From assembly GCA_020137815.1 (NCBI GenBank), contig CM035355.1, positions 8,308,001 through 8,372,000 on the forward strand: a stretch of DNA of 64,000 bases, in the 5' to 3' direction. Position numbers and translations under genes: made by a program. Under the pieces are notes generated by a model, which saw only the letters and a program-made list of their open reading frames with translations, did no database searches and was not told the origin of the DNA. Each line of letters opens with the position of its first letter. The first letter of the stretch is position 1. The stretch is from Hormiphora californensis. Its lineage: Eukaryota > Animalia > Ctenophora. Positions 26,201 through 37,004 of the stretch are shown here, in pieces.

Positions 26201-29200
26201 TACCTGTAAAGGCCAGCTGGGTATGATGGCAGGTTTTGATATACAAACAGACAGACAGCTACATACCTGTAAAGGCCAGCTGGGAATGATGGCAGGTTTT
26301 GATATACAAACAGACAGACAGCTACCTGTAAGGGCCAGCTGGGAATGATGGCAGGTTTTGATATACAAACAGACAGACAGCTACCTGTAAGGGCCAGCTG
26401 GGTATGATGGCAGGTTTTGATATACAAACAGACAGACAGCTACCTGTAAAGGCCAGCTGGGTATGATGGCAGGTTTTGATATACAAACAGACATGACAGC
26501 TATACCTGTAAAGGCCAGCTGGGTATGATGGCAGGTTTAGACAGACAGACAGACAGACAGACAGCTATACCTGTAAAGGCCAACTGGGTATGATGGCAGG
26601 TTTTGATATACAAACAGACAGACAGCTATACCTGTAAGGGCCAGCTGGGTATGATGGCAGGTTTTGATATACAGACAGACAGACAGCTACCTGTAAGGGC
26701 CAGCTGGGTATGATGGCAGGTTTTGATATACAAACAGACAGACAGCTACCTGTAAAGGCCAGCTCGGAATGATGGCAGGTTTTGATATACAAACAGACAG
26801 ACAGCTACCTGTAAGGGCCAGCTGGGTATGATGGCAGGTTTTGACATACAAACAGACAGACAGCTACCTGTAAGGGCCAGCTGGGTATGATGGCAGGTTT
26901 TGATATACAGACAGACAGACAGCTACCTGTAAAGGCCAGCTGGGTATGATGGCAGGTTTTGATATACAGACAGACAGACAGCTATACCTGTAAAGGCCAG
27001 CTGGGTATGATGGCAGGTTTTGATATACAAACAGACATGACAGCTATACCTGTAAAGGCCAGCTGGGTATGATGGCAGGTTTAGACAGACAGACAGACAG
27101 ACAGACAGCTATACCTGTAAAGGCCAACTGGGTATGATGGCAGGTTTTGATATACAAACAGACAGACAGCTATACCTGTAAAGGCCAGCTGGGTATGATG
27201 GCAGGTTTTGATATACAAACAGACAGACAGCTACCTGTAAGGGCCAGCTGGGAATGATGGCAGGTTTTGATATACAAACAGACAGACAGCTACATACCTG
27301 TAAAGGCCAGCTGGGAATGATGGCAGGTTTTGATATACAGACAGACAGACAGCTACCTGTAAAGGCCAGCTGGGTATGATGGCAGGTTTTGATATACAAA
27401 CAGACAGACAGCTACCTGTAAGGGCCAGCTGGGTATGATGGCAGGTTTTGATATACAAACAGACAGACAGCTATACCTGTAAAGGCCAGCTCGGAATGAT
27501 GGCAGGTTTTGATATACAAACAGACAGACAGCTACATACCTGTAAAGGCCAGCTGGGTATGACAGACATGACAGCTACCTGTAAGGGCCAGCTGGGTATG
27601 ATGGCAGGTTTTGATATACATACAGACAGACAGCTATACCTGTAAGGGCCAGCTGGGTATGATGGCAGGTTTTGATATACAGACAGACAGACAGCTACCT
27701 GTAAAGGCCAGCTGGGAATGATGGCAGGTTTTGATATACAAACAGACAGACAGCTACATACCTGTAAAGGCCAGCTAGGAATGATGGCAGACAGATACAG
27801 ACAGACATGACAGCTATACCTGTAAGGGCCAGCTGGGTATGATGGCAGGTTTTGATATACAGACAGACAGACAGCTACCTGTAAAGGCCAGCTGGGAATG
27901 ATGGCAGGTTTTGATATACAAACAGACAGACAGCTACATACCTGTAAAGGCCAGCTGGGAATGATGGCAGGTTTTGATATACAAACAGACAGACAGCTAC
28001 ATACCTGTAAAGGCCAGCTGGGTATGATGGCAGGTTTTGATATACAGACAGACAGACAGCTACCTGTAAAGGCCAGCTGGGAATGATGGCAGGTTTTGAT
28101 ATACAGACAGACAGACAGCTACATACCTGTAAAGGCCAGCTAGGAATGATGGCAGACAGATACAGACAGACATGACAGCTACATACCTGTAAAGGCCAGC
28201 TGGGTATGATGGCAGGTTTTGATATACAAACAGACAGCTACATACCTGTAAAGGCCAGCTGGGTATGATGGCAGGTTTTGATATACAAACAGACAGACAG
28301 CTACCTGTAAAGGCCAGCTGGGTATGATGGCAGGTTTTGATATACAAACAGACAGACAGCTACCTGTAAAGGCCAGCTGGGAATGATGGCAGGTTTTGAT
28401 ATACAAACAGACAGACAGCTATACCTGTAAAGGCCAGCTGGGTATGATGGCAGGTTTTGATATACAAACAGACAGACAGCTACCTGTAAAGGCCAGCTGG
28501 GAATGATGGCAGGTTTTGATATACAAACAGACAGACAGCTACCTGTAAGGGCCAGCTGGGTATGATGGCAGGTTTTGATATACAAACAGACAGACAGCTA
28601 CATACCTGTAAAGGCCAGCTGGGAATGATGGCAGGTTTTGATATACAAACAGACAGACAGCTACCTGTAAAGGCCAGCTGGGAATGATGGCAGGTTTTGA
28701 TATACAGACAGACAGACAGCTACATACCTGTAAAGGCCAGCTGGGTATGACAGACAGACAAGCAGACAGACAGACAGCTACATACCTGTAAAGGCCAGCT
28801 GGGTATGATGGCAGGTTTTGATATACAAACAGACAGACAGCTACCTGTAAAGGCCAGCTGGGAATGATGGCAGGTTTTGATATACAGACAGACAGACAGC
28901 TACCTGTAAAGGCCAGCTGGGTATGATGGCAGGTTTTGATATACAAACAGACAGACAGCTATACCTGTAAAGGCCAGCTGGGAATGATGGCAGGTTTTGA
29001 TATACAAACAGACAGACAGCTATACCTGTAAGGGCCAGCTGGGAATGATGGCAGGTTTTGATATACAAACAGACAGACAGACAGCTATACCTGTAAGGGC
29101 CAGCTGGGTATGATGGCAGGTTTTGATATACAAACAGACAGACAGCTACCTGTAAGGGCCAGCTGGGTATGATGGCAGGTTTTGATATACAAACAGACAG

Positions 29201-30522
29201 ACAGCTACCTGTAAGGGCCAGCTGGGTATGATGGCAGGTTTTGATATACAAACAGACAGACAGCTATACCTGTAAAGGCCAGCTGGGAATGATGGCAGGT
29301 TTTGATATACAGACAGACAGACAGCTACATACCTGTAAAGGCCAGCTGGGTATGATGGCAGGTTTTGATATACAAACAGACAGACAGACAGCTATACCTG
29401 TAAAGGCCAGCTGGGAATGATGGCAGGTTTTGATATACAAACAGACAGACAGCTACCTGTAAGGGCCAGCTGGGTATGATGGCAGGTTTTGATATACAAA
29501 CAGACAGACAGCTATACCTGTAAGGGCCAGCTAGGAATGATGGCAGGTTTTGATATACAAACAGACAGACAGCTATACCTGTAAAGGCCAGCTGGGTATG
29601 ATGGCAGGTTTTGATATACAGACAGACAGACAGCTATACCTGTAAAGGCCAGCTGGGTATGATGGCAGGTTTTGATATACAAACAGACAGACAGACAGCT
29701 ATACCTGTAAAGGCCAGCTGGGTATGATGGCAGGTTTTGATATACAAACAGACAGACAGCTACCTGTAAAGGCCAGCTAGGTATGATGGCAGGTTTTGAT
29801 ATACAAACAGACAGACAGCTACCTGTAAGGGCCAGCTGGGTATGATGGCAGGTTTTGATATACAAACAGACAGACAGCTACCTGTAAAGGCCAGCTGGTA
29901 TGATGGCAGGTTTTGATATACAGACAGACAGACAGCTACCTGTAAAGGCCAGCTGGGTATGATGGCAGGTTTTGATATACAAACAGACAGACAGCTATAC
30001 CTGTAAGGGCCAGCTGGGTATGATGGCAGGTTTTGATATACAAACAGACAGACAGCTACCTGTAAAGGCCAGCTGGGTATGATGGCAGGTTTTGATATAC
30101 AAACAGACAGACAGCTATACCTGTAAAGGCCAGCTGGGTATGATGGCAGGTTTTGATATACAAACAGACAGACAGCTATACCTGTAAAGGCCAGCTAGGA
30201 ATGACAGACAGACAGACAGACACGACAGACAGACATGACAGCTATACCTGTAAAGGCCAGCTGGGTATGATGGCAGGTTTTGATATACAAACAGACAGAC
30301 AGCTACCTGTAAGGGCCAGCTGGGTATGATGGCAGGTTTTGATATACAAACAGACAGACAGCTATACCTGTAAAGGCCAGCTGGGTATGATGGCAGGTTT
30401 TGATATACAAACAGACAGACAGCTACCTGTAAGGGCCAGCTGGGTATGATGGCAGGTTTTGATAGCTTCATAACTTTCAAAGAGAGAGCATGGGCTGATG
30501 TTGAAGTAGTACTGGAATCCAT
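17296..30522 (-). CDS. TRAPPC13: Trafficking protein particle complex subunit 13, ~10 exons
   Basis: Exons: [13 protein letters not shown] (30427-30522), VEPKDCC..FGE (24047-24142), [25 protein letters not shown] (19449-19559), TDLQTSSQR...HEVKELG, LVCSVSY...[64 protein letters not shown], terminal exon to 17296. Confidence 0.93.
19545..23927 (-). repeat. ~4.4-kb G/C-run array (~28-bp unit) of the TRAPPC13 exon-3 acceptor plus first ~15 nt of exon; centre very noisy
   Basis: Minus-strand unit C(n)tcAG|ATCCTAACAGTGCCC; the terminal copy (exon starts 19559) continues CAGAACTGTGGT = ILTVPQNCG. Confidence 0.9.
24215..30463 (-). repeat. ~6.2-kb array (~100 copies, 59-63 bp) of the TRAPPC13 exon-1 end plus 5' splice site
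   Basis: Minus-strand unit TCAAAACCTGCCATCATACCCAGCTGGCCTTTACAG|gtagctgtctgtctgtttgtata; the first copy encodes [12 protein letters not shown] of exon 1 (donor at 30426). Confidence 0.95.
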
Positions 30523-31042
30523 TTTATAGGGTGTTTATAATAGGACACTTGCAGTTCTCCGAGTCTTTATTTCCTGGGTGTTTTCTTTATATTTCCCGGA
30601 TTACCACTGACCTCTCTTACATTGCTAGAACGGTGGTAAAAGGGTGTTTTCAGAATGTGTACATTACTTGGACGGGGGTGAGGGGAGTTGGGCTGGAATA
30701 ACTCGGCACATTTTAGTTTTTTGAGAAATAGAAACTGTTTCCAGAGTCAATAAATATTTTAATAAATATGTTAAAAAAGCGTTTATAATTGTCTAACACA
30801 CACACTAACATGTTTGCCAGGATTTACCTGGCAAATAAAGATACATCTTCTCTTTAAAAAGGAGAGAGCCAATTTCAATAAGAGGGAGATTGAAAAGACT
30901 CACTTTACAAGAACAAAAGTTCCGTGGCAGAGTTTAAAATTTCAATCACCAAGACTGATAATTCACCTACCGAGGCATGCAGTGTCTACAGAGAAAGTTC
31001 CGGCACCATAGCAATCACTGCATTACAGCAATATAATACGAT

Positions 31043-33580
31043 CTACGTTCCACTTCGTTGAAGGAAGGTATCTCGGATCTTATCTGGCAACACATCAAGG
31101 ATCTCAGTTGAGAGTTCCTCTGTCTGAGACCCCAGCGACAGGATCAGGGAGTCCAATGCCTCTCCCCAAACTGGATACAACCGAGATAGGAGGGTGAAGG
31201 AGCGGACAGAGGGGGTTGTGAAGACTGACCCAGCACGGGATAAGAGAGAAGTTTTACCAGCTAGAGCAGCGAGAGTGAAGAAAGAGATGAAATCGTTAGG
31301 ATACTGGTTGGTTTCTGTCAGATCTGAGATTTGTAACAAGTTACTTTCCAGGAGGGGTGTGATAAAGTTTAACACATTCCCCCACTCCCTATCTGACCTG
31401 ATCTGTAGTGTTATGAACGCCTCGAACACCCCATGTGCATCCACTTCCCTTGTTATTGTAAGAGGGGTAGTTAGAAACCTGCTAATCATCAATACCCCAT
31501 CCCAGATCCCTCCCTTACCCTCCCCAACTGTCCATGTCACCCTAGGGTGGACCACTACAAGACTCAGATCCGCTCCATCCCACCACCGAGGAACTCTAGA
31601 CACCTCCCCCAACACCTCACAGAACCTGGCACGTGTTCGCCACCCACACTTGTCTACAACCACATTCCACAGACTGTCCTTCTCTTTAGCGGGGATACAT
31701 TGTAACCATGTCTCTAATAAACCCCTGTCATCTAACAAAGCCAGAGTGGTGCTATCCTCTTGGTCTAGTGCGGACCAGGTCCTGATCAGCTCGTAGCAGA
31801 GAGGGAAGGTGTAGAAGATATCACTCTGGAGATGTAGGATCAGGTTTAGTGTGGCCCCAGGGTTGGAGTTGATGGAGGGTTGGAGGATGTGTTTCACTAG
31901 GTTTTGTGGTGTCAGATTGGGCTTCAAGGCGGATAGAAACCCTCCAAACTGCTGGATCTGTTTTAGAGTTGCATCAGATTTCAACTCTGAAGTGATGGTG
32001 TCGTAGACAAGTCGTGAGAGGGGTGAGGGTCCTTGGAGTGAGAACGGTAGGTACCCTTTTAACAACTCACAAACAGGACCAGTCAGAGCCTTGTTCCTGG
32101 CTCCCTGGGACACTAATTGTGTTGCTGTGCTGGTTGGCATGGAAACGAAGGAAACAAGAAGAGTCTGGAACAGTTTGTCTTTGTTAGAGTTAGAACCTGC
32201 AAGTTGGTTGATAGCTCTTGTAACGACTAGAGCAGGTGTCGTGACTGTGGAAAGGCAGGAGAAATCAAATCCCTGGTCACAGTACAGAACTCTCAGGAAG
32301 GATGCGATGTCCCGTGGTGAACACTTGGCTAACCGTTCTCGAATCTTATTGGCTAGTGAGTCCCTGAGGTCCCGTCTGATTGGCCGTAGCTCATTAGTTA
32401 CAGTGTAACACCGTGCAAACAGCCCTGCTAGTTGTGTCATATCTAATACCCCCACCATAGTCAGACAATCACTAGCTCTATCCTCGTCTAGAACCTCAAC
32501 TCTGAGAATTCTCTGGAAACTACCCGGACCTCCCTCCATCTCCCCCACCACCCTCTCAACTAGCTCGGACCATGAAGCTGTAGCTACCACATAATTGTGT
32601 AGTTTGTAGTACCGCTCCCCGGCTAGAATCTGCCGATATTCCTCCCCAACACCCTCTAGTAGAGAGGAAATGTAGTCAGCATGTGAGGGTAGGTAGCTCT
32701 CACTGTTTCTGACAAGAGCGGTGCCCAGGGTATATGGGACTATCAGGTTATACAGGGTGCTGGAAGTGGAGCACATAACAAACAAGGTGTCAAGGAAATA
32801 CCGACACGCGGGGTAGAGATCCTCTGAGAGGGAGGCAAAGTGCTGTGAGAGGTTGGGGAGTTTTATAAAGGAGCAGCATGACAACTTCCCTTGGTGATAC
32901 TCCTCTAGGACTGTATTGGAGGGTGGAACACGATTCAACACAGTTTTATCTGGTGTATGTTGTCTGATGTGGTTCAGAGCCTGACAAGGACCACGGGTAT
33001 CACTGATAATGATATCTGATCCCGTGTACGATATCAGGTGTAATACCTGCCATATAATCACACTAATATCTCCTATCAGGTTGGGGAATGTGACTACCTT
33101 GTGAAGATTCTCCGTTATGTGATCTAATAGTTTTTGGAGGCATCTGCCATTTGACACCCCCGTTTGACATCTGACCAGGTCTGAGGACAGAACACGCGGG
33201 ATGACATCAAATAGATCTGGGGATTTTACTAGGACATCAGTGAACACTTCAAATACTATCCCAGTAGCACTGTCTGGTAGTGATCTCAGCTCCACTTCTA
33301 ACTCATCTCCCAAGTCAAACTTCTGAACAGCCTGCAGGTACTCCAGAATGGTTATGGAGAGCTGATCCGAGAAGCCATGTCTATCCAACCAGAGATTAGT
33401 GAAGATGGCCCGGCGGGAGGAAGGTAGGGTGTGGAGGAGGGAGGAGAGGAAGAGTTGGGAGTGACAAGATGACACTGCGGCTGGGGTGGATAGAGTTAGT
33501 ATTTCCTTGAATGCTGGGGTTATTATAGGAGGGGTGTCCTCTAGTGTTAGAGAGTTCCATAGTGATTCAAATCCTATCAT
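31043..33580 (-). CDS. Single-exon ~845-aa Leu-rich, probably alpha-helical protein; weak resemblance to Gemin4
   Basis: Long uninterrupted ORF; likely start MIGFESLW (ATG 33580) after an acceptor-like tract. Segment RAINQL...SMPTSTATQLVSQGARNKALTGPVCELL loosely recalls Gemin4. Coding status is solid, identity is a guess. Confidence 0.75.
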   Translation of the reverse strand: MIGFESLWNSLTLEDTPPIITPAFKEILTLSTPAAVSSCHSQLFLSSLLHTLPSSRRAIFTNLWLDRHGFSDQLSITILEYLQAVQKFDLGDELEVELRSLPDSATGIVFEVFTDVLVKSPDLFDVIPRVLSSDLVRCQTGVSNGRCLQKLLDHITENLHKVVTFPNLIGDISVIIWQVLHLISYTGSDIIISDTRGPCQALNHIRQHTPDKTVLNRVPPSNTVLEEYHQGKLSCCSFIKLPNLSQHFASLSEDLYPACRYFLDTLFVMCSTSSTLYNLIVPYTLGTALVRNSESYLPSHADYISSLLEGVGEEYRQILAGERYYKLHNYVVATASWSELVERVVGEMEGGPGSFQRILRVEVLDEDRASDCLTMVGVLDMTQLAGLFARCYTVTNELRPIRRDLRDSLANKIRERLAKCSPRDIASFLRVLYCDQGFDFSCLSTVTTPALVVTRAINQLAGSNSNKDKLFQTLLVSFVSMPTSTATQLVSQGARNKALTGPVCELLKGYLPFSLQGPSPLSRLVYDTITSELKSDATLKQIQQFGGFLSALKPNLTPQNLVKHILQPSINSNPGATLNLILHLQSDIFYTFPLCYELIRTWSALDQEDSTTLALLDDRGLLETWLQCIPAKEKDSLWNVVVDKCGWRTRARFCEVLGEVSRVPRWWDGADLSLVVVHPRVTWTVGEGKGGIWDGVLMISRFLTTPLTITREVDAHGVFEAFITLQIRSDREWGNVLNFITPLLESNLLQISDLTETNQYPNDFISFFTLAALAGKTSLLSRAGSVFTTPSVRSFTLLSRLYPVWGEALDSLILSLGSQTEELSTEILDVLPDKIRDTFLQRSGT

Positions 33581-34136
33581 TGTAACAACACTGCAGACCC
33601 TATAGTGGGATAGAGAGAGAGGTAATAAGTAGTAGGAGCTTGGTGGTGTTTTGGAGATGCAGGGCTCTCTAAACAATAAAATTCGGAAGGTTTAGTGATT
33701 TTAAAGAAGAAATTAATAAAACCTAAAGAATTCCAAGGATCAAGATTCTTTTCATTATGAAAAACAGATATCGGGGACACACTCGAATAATCAGCGCAAT
33801 ATAAAAACAACAGTCTCAAGACTCCGCAAGTCTCAATCTAAAAACGATATTTGCATATTTCAGTGATCTAAGAAAGGATTAGATCACCACACAGAACTTG
33901 TGGAGATATTAGCTTGACAAATACACAAAACTTGGAATGCTTTTGATGAGCTGCAACGGACTTATCGTATAGAGGAAGTAGCTGAGTTTTTGATAAGTTT
34001 TCGGGTCACGCAGCAGGTAGCAGATATATGGCATGTTTCTCTTGTTTCACCCATCTACCAAGGTACTGAGTACTGACTTTACCATTCCACCATCCTCATC
34101 AAAGCAATACCAAATGAACATCCAATACTCCTCCAA

Positions 34137-35396
34137 TCAGAGTTTGTGTACAGCAAATGCAGTTCCTAGACCACCCCCAGCACACCCACTAACCACCCCC
34201 AACCGTCCCTCCTCACTCTCTAGTCTTCCAACTGTGTGAAGTAGTAGCCTCAGTCCAGTAGCCCCAAAGGGGTGACCTAACCCAATAGTACCGCCCCACT
34301 TGTTAACCCTTGTAGTATCTATCTCCACTACGGGGGTGTCTGAATTCAGGTAGTTATCCGCAAACTCAGAACTCCTGAGAGCTTTGAACTGAGAGAGGAT
34401 CTCCCCTGCAAACCCCTCGTATATCTCCCAAACATCCACAGTGGAGAGATCCACACCCTGGGTAGATTTGAGTTTATGAAGAGAGTGAGTGGTGCCAAGG
34501 AGTAGGTCATTAACAGGTGAACACGCAGCAAAACACGCAGAACCAACCCTTGCCTGGGGATTTAGATTGAACTTCTCTGCTGCAGTTTCTGATGCTAACA
34601 AACACACAGCGGCCCCGTCACACGGCTGATTAGCAGTTGCTATGGTAACTGTCCCTCCTCGCAACACAGATCTCAACTCAGACATGCCCTTCTGACTCCA
34701 CTCCCTGAGAGTACTGTCACTGGTAATGTTCATATCTGTAGCGGGGTTGTGAACAGGGCAGATGAAGTTGAACTTCCCACCCCGGGCTGCAGAGGAGGAG
34801 AGGGTGTGGGACCTGTAACCATATTCATCTTGTTCAGACCGAGTTATACCGAACCTCCTGGAGATCTTGTCTCCATTGGCAACGAATGTCTCCTGGGTCT
34901 GGAACTCAACCACTTTCAGTACATCTGGGTTCAGATCACGGGGTTTTATCTTGGCTAATAGTGCCAACTTCTCCCTCCTGTTCTCGGTTCTCCTGACTTT
35001 CAACAGTGTCTTTCTCATCTTCTCATTGACTCTAATAGGCAGGTCTGACAAGTACTCCACGCCACCTACTAGCACTACATCTGAATACCCATTGTTTATC
35101 ATCTCCACTCCCTTTGCTAGTGCTGCCTGACCACTGATACACGCCATGGATATAGAGTGACAGGGGACAGTTAGACCTGCCTTTAAACACGCACTTGCAG
35201 CCATGTTAGGACTCTCTGCCTCATGAAACACGTTGCCAACTATCACGTGGTTAATCTCCCCCTTGTCTAGCTGTACACGTGATAACAGCTTCCTAATGGC
35301 AGTGGAGAGAAGGTTGGACCCTGACATGTTATAGTAGCCGGTGTGGGGCAGTTGGAAGGGCGTCCTGAGTCCGTCTATAAACAAGGCTCGAGACAT
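34137..35396 (-). CDS. Intronless thiolase, trifunctional enzyme beta subunit (HADHB)-like
   Basis: FIDGLRTPF, ISMACISG (nucleophile Cys), GGVEYLSDLPI, NKWGGTIGLGHPFGATG (His), GCAGGGLG (Cys). Confidence 0.9.
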   Translation of the reverse strand: MSRALFIDGLRTPFQLPHTGYYNMSGSNLLSTAIRKLLSRVQLDKGEINHVIVGNVFHEAESPNMAASACLKAGLTVPCHSISMACISGQAALAKGVEMINNGYSDVVLVGGVEYLSDLPIRVNEKMRKTLLKVRRTENRREKLALLAKIKPRDLNPDVLKVVEFQTQETFVANGDKISRRFGITRSEQDEYGYRSHTLSSSAARGGKFNFICPVHNPATDMNITSDSTLREWSQKGMSELRSVLRGGTVTIATANQPCDGAAVCLLASETAAEKFNLNPQARVGSACFAACSPVNDLLLGTTHSLHKLKSTQGVDLSTVDVWEIYEGFAGEILSQFKALRSSEFADNYLNSDTPVVEIDTTRVNKWGGTIGLGHPFGATGLRLLLHTVGRLESEEGRLGVVSGCAGGGLGTAFAVHKL

Positions 35397-35995
35397 GGTG
35401 CGTGGGAGAGAGAGAAGAGATAGTACAGGGACCGGTGTAGAGAGTGGTCACGGAGGTTCAACCACGATGTTGAGGATAGTGTAGTGAAGGGGACCTGCAG
35501 ATACAGAGAGGGTCGGAGGGAGCCTCCCTTACATAATACCCTAGGATCCTATAAACATGGATGTACTTGAGTTAGACAAAATCGCTCTTTCGTTCCAATA
35601 TAAAACAGTGTAAACACATTGGACACTGGACAGTAAAAGACTGAAAAGGTAGGAACTAAATGTAAAACAGGATCACACTCAACAAAACCGGTTTAGAAAA
35701 GGTATGGACATGAAACATATTATTAGTCCCTAGCTTGTGAAGAGGGAAGAGGAAGAGGTAGAGGAGGGGGAAGAGGAAGAGGAGGGGGAGGGGGTATGCT
35801 GCAACATGATACCAAGAGTCCTAGTCCAGGACACATGTGTCTTGTACTGCAGAACTGTCAACTGAGAATGTAATATGTGAATAATATCAGGGGGTGCACT
35901 TCAAACTAAACACACAGACACAGACACACACAATAAATACTCACACTGACAAACAACTCACTCTAAAAACTAACAAATCTATAAAACTTCCCTTC

Positions 35996-36724
35996 CTAGA
36001 TATCCACAATCACATAAAGATCATATCCCCGATCATGTTTCACTATCTGCATGGCGCTATAAGTGATTAGCCTTTACCTCTGTACCCTGGGGGTGTTTGT
36101 CTAGAGAGAATGGTTCACCATACCCCTCACACCTAATCCTCCACCCTCCTCCTCCTTCTGCTCCTTCATCAAACTCTTCAATGTTAATTTCGTTAGGAAC
36201 AAAGAAGGGCTCCACTGAAAATGCGTATAACCACTCATCTAGAAAGTGGAATAGTAACGACTTCTAAATCATCTCCCTCTAGCCTCAAGTTCAAAGGTGT
36301 CTGTTGCCTCTACCTTTACTCAGATCAGTCATTAATTCCAAACATTCCAATACAACACTCCTCAAACTGCCTCCCTGAGGATCTGATCCCCAGCTGTGTA
36401 CCTGGATATCAGCAGTATGGTCAGCAAGTACTCGTAGCCCCGACCTGGCCGGGATGGGTCTGTGTGGGCGGTGTGCGGCAAGTCTGTATCATAGTTATCT
36501 CGCATCGCATCAGGAACTATAGAATTAGATGCGTGGGAGGCATCAGGCACTATGTCAGCAGTGGGTAAAGTGCCGTGAAGTGACGATACGTCACAAGAAA
36601 GAGCCGGGCCATTAGGAACTGTTATCGGGTCGGTGGTAGCCGCTGAATCGCCAGGGGAGAGACGTTTCTCCGGGGGCTGGGTATCTGCATCTTGAGGAAG
36701 GGTGCGTTTGGGTTGTCTAATCAT
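35996..36724 (-). CDS. ZBTB8OS: Archease (ZBTB8OS-like RtcB cofactor) with low-complexity N-terminal extension; broken by ~8 small insertions in this sequence
   Basis: Frame-hopping translation gives GYEYL-DHTADIQVHSWG...FEECCIGMFG-MTD...SLLFHFLDEWLYAFS..FFVP...GEPFSLDKHPQGTEVKA-ITYSAMQI...LYVIVDI*, matching archease motifs end to end. The ORF track shows only its N-terminal part. Confidence 0.88.
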
Positions 36725-37004
36725 ATCACATAACAGAGCTATAATAGAAGGGGGTGGAATAAAGAAGACATGGAGATCAGGTACAGGTTGGGAATGAGAC
36801 AAATAAATAAGGGGGCTAGTAAATAAATAGTTGGTAAAAACATGGATAAAATGAAATGTATTATTGGATTTCAAACACAGAGAGAGAGAGAGAGAGTTCA
36901 TCTGGCAAATCCTTTTTTCTGTATCTAAAAGTCCCAAAACAATAGAAATTGTCGAAACGACTCACGGGTGAGCAGATCTCATTGTATCATTAGATCACAT
37001 CACA

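Noticed and set aside
24215-30463. CRISPR-like regular repeats and Cys-rich repeat ORFs
   Set aside because: Units are contiguous with no unique spacers, no cas genes, eukaryotic intron context; unit lengths of 59/61 break frames.
31194-35130. Plus-strand ORFs of 67-200 aa
   Set aside because: Antisense shadows of the real minus-strand CDSs.
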